Assembly: GCA_029953675.1 (NCBI GenBank)
Contig: JAMWBK010000001.1
Span: 3,742,664-3,806,663, forward strand
Length of the DNA: 64,000 bases
Direction of reading: 5' to 3'
From: Rhodosorus marinus CCMP1338
Taxonomy: Eukaryota > Plantae > Rhodophyta
This document shows, one piece after another, positions 60,648-64,000 of this stretch; position 1 is the first letter of the stretch; every line of letters starts with the position of its first letter. Made by a program: the position numbers and the translations under genes. The notes under the pieces are model-generated. The model did not search any database, was not told the DNA's origin, and saw only the letters and a list, made by a program, of their open reading frames with translations.

Positions 60648-60680
60648 GTTACGTTAGTCTGGGGTTACGTTAGTCTGGGG
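60648..60680 (+). repeat. Two perfect telomere units
   Basis: GTTACGTTAGTCTGGGGTTACGTTAGTCTGGGG. Confidence 0.93.
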
Positions 60681-60715
60681 TATTGAGGGTTTTCGGACTT
60701 TGAAATTTAAGTTCA

Positions 60716-62344
60716 TTGACGCGAACTTGGAGTGTTTTACAAGGAGTTGATTTGGAAATGACGTTTCCCGAGGCGCTGCCTCCGGACGGAAGAGGCATAA
60801 ACCCCCTACAATCGGACGTACCTATGCACGATGCTTCTACCCAAAATTGTACCGGGCGAGAACCTGATCCTGCTGCTACTCTCCCAACTGCACCTGCTAC
60901 TGCGGCGCCGGACACCAGCACTCACCATCTGAAGATCTCAATGAGCTGTGGACCGCTGCAACTACACCTCGACGTTCCCCAAGCCAAAGCCACGAAGTAC
61001 AACGCCCTGATGCTGAAATTCATGGAACTTGCTGCACAAGCCCATGCCAGTGGCAACGAGGCTCAGCTACTTCACACTCTGACTACAACGCCCCAACGAC
61101 CTACCCAGACACCGCGCCCCCTACCTGTCTACGAACCGGCATCCTACGCCAGCACAGCAGCCCGCCCCAGATCTCCCGACGCGCGCGATCTCGATGCTGA
61201 TGCATATCCCGATCTCGCAGCAGCCAATGACAGCACACGCCCGACACCTCGACCTAGCAGCCGGCCAATGAGTTGGTCGACACGTGTCCGAGGTAACCAG
61301 ACCCCGGCAGCCGCGAATCGATCATTTTTCGCGAGCATTCAAGGTCTGGAGTTCGAGAGCAAGGAAGATATTGACGCATTTGTGCTACTCAATGCACGAC
61401 CTCGCGACGGAACCAAGAGCAAGGCCCACCACGCCTGGGATATCGAGCGCCTTGCCGGCCTGCAGAAGAACACGCTGCTGCAACTCGATTATTTCGATCA
61501 CCACGTGCACATCATTGCACACCGGACTGCCCTACCACGGGTCCGCGACGCAGTGAACGCAGGCGCCTTCTACCCCACTACCGGCAACCTCCACCCAGCC
61601 GAACGCGTTCAGGCAGTCAAGCTCTCTGCGAGCTCCATGGACTACCTGAGTATGCGCGAGAAACTCCGCCATCGGCCCGAGGACTACCCGCGAGTGGCCC
61701 TGATCCACAACCTGCGGCGCTATCGCCGTATCCAGCGGATCGTTGAGCGCCGTAGGGGCCTCTCCCCCAACGCTCGGGAGGCCCTGCTCGGCCACGTTCG
61801 GGCAGAACTCGACCGAACTCTGGCCAGTATCCATGCCCACGCCCAGAAGACACCTGACACCGGCACCAGGGTACCTTTCGAGGACCCTGAACTACCCCAG
61901 CTCTCGACCACCACCAACCGACAGGTAGCACGGGCTCCGGCGCGTGTAAGTACTGCACACCAACCACCAGTGGTAGCCGGGGAGAGCGCGGAACCCCCCG
62001 CGTCTGCAGCCGCATCACAAGCAGACCACCAAGCCTCGACCCCTAATGGGGCCGTACAGGCAGACCGTGAGGCAGTCGCCGCTTCGGGTGATTCCAGCGC
62101 GACACCTCCACTACCACCGGAGGACGCTGCAGAGGACAACCCGCACGCGGAGCTCCTCTCCAACCTCCCGGAGCCGCCCCAACAGAAACGCACGCGAACG
62201 ACTGCAGCTGGCACCAGCCCCGACTTGGAGATGACCCCAGCCAACCACGAGGCGGCTACAACCACTGCTGCCGGACTCACTGGCTACTCCTCAAACCCCA
62301 ATGCCATGGACCTACAAGCCTGCCCCCACGCCTCCCAACAGTGA
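60716..62344 (+). CDS. ORF1 of the terminal D-type element (542 aa, unknown function)
   Basis: Long ORF upstream of the RT, Pro/Ala-rich linkers, and a central block similar to B/C ORF1. Its stop overlaps the ORF2 start (TGATG). The true start codon is uncertain. Confidence 0.8.
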   Translation: MTRTWSVLQGVDLEMTFPEALPPDGRGINPLQSDVPMHDASTQNCTGREPDPAATLPTAPATAAPDTSTHHLKISMSCGPLQLHLDVPQAKATKYNALMLKFMELAAQAHASGNEAQLLHTLTTTPQRPTQTPRPLPVYEPASYASTAARPRSPDARDLDADAYPDLAAANDSTRPTPRPSSRPMSWSTRVRGNQTPAAANRSFFASIQGLEFESKEDIDAFVLLNARPRDGTKSKAHHAWDIERLAGLQKNTLLQLDYFDHHVHIIAHRTALPRVRDAVNAGAFYPTTGNLHPAERVQAVKLSASSMDYLSMREKLRHRPEDYPRVALIHNLRRYRRIQRIVERRRGLSPNAREALLGHVRAELDRTLASIHAHAQKTPDTGTRVPFEDPELPQLSTTTNRQVARAPARVSTAHQPPVVAGESAEPPASAAASQADHQASTPNGAVQADREAVAASGDSSATPPLPPEDAAEDNPHAELLSNLPEPPQQKRTRTTAAGTSPDLEMTPANHEAATTTAAGLTGYSSNPNAMDLQACPHASQQ

Positions 62345-63634
62345 TGCCCCGCAGAAGAAGGAGTACTCAACGCCGCCCGAATGAACCCCTCTTCCACGCC
62401 AACCGACCGGCATGGATCCAACGTTGGACTGACTTTGTCAATGAGCTCACGGACAGTGGACGCCTGTGGACACGTCTAGCCCACTGCCCGGTCCGAACCC
62501 GCCGATTCATCCCCTCTGCCGCCGTCAACAAATGGAGCAGCCTCTTCAGTGCCGCTCTCCAGCTTGCTCGAGACGACACAGCCCCCGAGGACGCGAGCCT
62601 TCTCATCATCGGACTTCCTGGTCTGATCCTGGGCTATACGCACTTTCCTATTGGCAAGCAGATCGATCACATCCTGGCTGGCGATTTTCATACCGTGTGG
62701 AACGCTCTAGAGGACTCTGCAGCGCAACCGAGGCCGGCTACACCACACAGAGGTCCTGACACTACCACACAACAAACCCGCTGGCGGCGCAAACAAGCAC
62801 TCAAGCTCGCCCAACAAGGTCGCCTCTCTGACGCTGCATACCGCCTCACAGCCTCTGCAATGGCCAAACAGAACGTTGCCACCTGGAACCAGCTCGAAGA
62901 CCTCTTCCCGGACCCGACAGACACCCCTCTCTCTGAGGATCTACAGCAAACCCTGCAGACACTACTTGCACAGGACAACGCCCAACTACGGGTCAGGTGG
63001 CTGGCCGGACAAGCCTCGGATGAGAGTCTACTCGCCAAACTGACCCTGCTGCCGAAAGACAAATGTCCCGGGCCCAGCGGGCTCCGCGCAGAGCACTTAC
63101 AGATGCTAACGCGTGAGGCACACCCGCACCTGGTACGGTTCCTGAGACAGTTGGCCACGGCTCCGGAGCGGCTCCCGGCAGTCCTGACCAGGGCTCTCCG
63201 CAGCAGCAGGCTCCTGCCGTTTGTCAAGTCCCCTACTACTGGGCCCCCACCTGCGCACCCTGCTGTCAGACCTATTGGCGTTCCTGAGGTCCTACGAAAG
63301 CTAGCGACACAGTGGATACTAGGTCACGTGACCACACGACTTCGGGAGCTCCTCGTCCCCCTGCAACTAGGCCTTGCCGTCAGTGGAGGTTGCGAACGGT
63401 CCCTGCACGCAATACAGGCCCATCTCTACTGTGAACCACAATCGGCAGTTCTACGACTCGACCTGGCGAATGCGTTCAACCGAATTGATCGGAGTATTGC
63501 CAAACAACTAGTCGACCGCCATTACCCAGAGCTGGCAGCCATCTACCGCCTGGGATATGGCAGCAACTGCGAGGACTCACCTACGCTCCTTGGCTGGCGC
63601 CCCAAAGCTACAGACGGAGCACTGCATCCAGATC
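62344..63634 (+). pseudogene. ORF2 of the terminal D-type element, broken inside the RT domain and capped by telomere
   Basis: Colinear with 57153 up to HPDR (HKDR in the intact copy), just before the GVQQGDP motif; telomere repeats follow. Confidence 0.9.
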
Positions 63635-64000
63635 GGGGTTACGTTAGTCTGGGGTTACGTTAGTCTGGGGTTACGTTAGTCTGGGGTTACGTTAGTCTGG
63701 GGTTACGTTAGTCTGGGGTTACGTTAGTCTGGGGTTACGTTAGTCTGGGGTTTACGTTAGTCTGGGGTTACGTTAGTCTGGGGTTACGTTAGTCTGGGGT
63801 TACGTTAGTCTGGGGTTACGTTAGTCTGGGGTTACGTTAGTCTGGGGTTACGTTAGTCTGGGGTTACGTTAGTCTGGGGTTACGTTAGTCTGGGGTTACG
63901 TTAGTCTGGGGTTACGTTAGTCTGGGGTTACGTTAGTCTGGGGTTACGTTAGTCTGGGGTTACGTTAGTCTGGGGTTACGTTAGTCTGGGGTTACGTAAC
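63635..64000 (+). repeat. Telomere array, 16-nt unit GGGGTTACGTTAGTCT, about 23 copies
   Basis: Near-perfect G-rich tandem array running to the window end. One unit has an extra T near 63751, and the last 10 nt read GTTACGTAAC. Confidence 0.9.

Noticed and set aside
471-63227. The many short ORFs overlapping retroelement ORFs on other frames or strands
   Set aside because: Shadow ORFs of GC-rich coding sequence, repeated only because the elements are repeated.
63635-63663. C-terminal GYVSLGLR of ORF 62341..63663
   Set aside because: This is translation of the telomere repeat after the break.
63635-64000. CRISPR array
   Set aside because: Units are directly adjacent with no spacers, there are no cas genes, and the context is eukaryotic.

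Overview
This window is the right-hand end of a eukaryotic chromosome. It ends in about 23 copies of an unusual 16-nt telomere repeat (GGGGTTACGTTAGTCT, 63635-64000). Most of the rest is nested, fragmented retrotransposon DNA. There are at least five families or lineages of CRE-like non-LTR elements (RT, Zn knuckle, restriction-like endonuclease), labelled A-F here as working names, plus two Ty3/gypsy LTR elements. Islands of host genes encode secreted proteins: a beta-propeller-like protein, Cys-rich proteins and a broken GSDH-type sugar dehydrogenase with a bacterial-type domain layout. The main discovery is one lineage (D/E) that sits head-to-tail inside the telomere repeat, with telomere units at nearly every junction. 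It is bicistronic, with a novel ORF1 coupled to ORF2 by TAATG/TGATG stop-start overlaps. It has a conserved 3' stem-loop plus an AGTAAAG motif, an IHDD catalytic motif and an altered Zn knuckle. A second family (B) makes target-site duplications at GTAACC, a motif of the telomeric C strand. The host organism cannot be determined from the sequence alone. Several frameshifts fall in homopolymers and may be sequencing errors.
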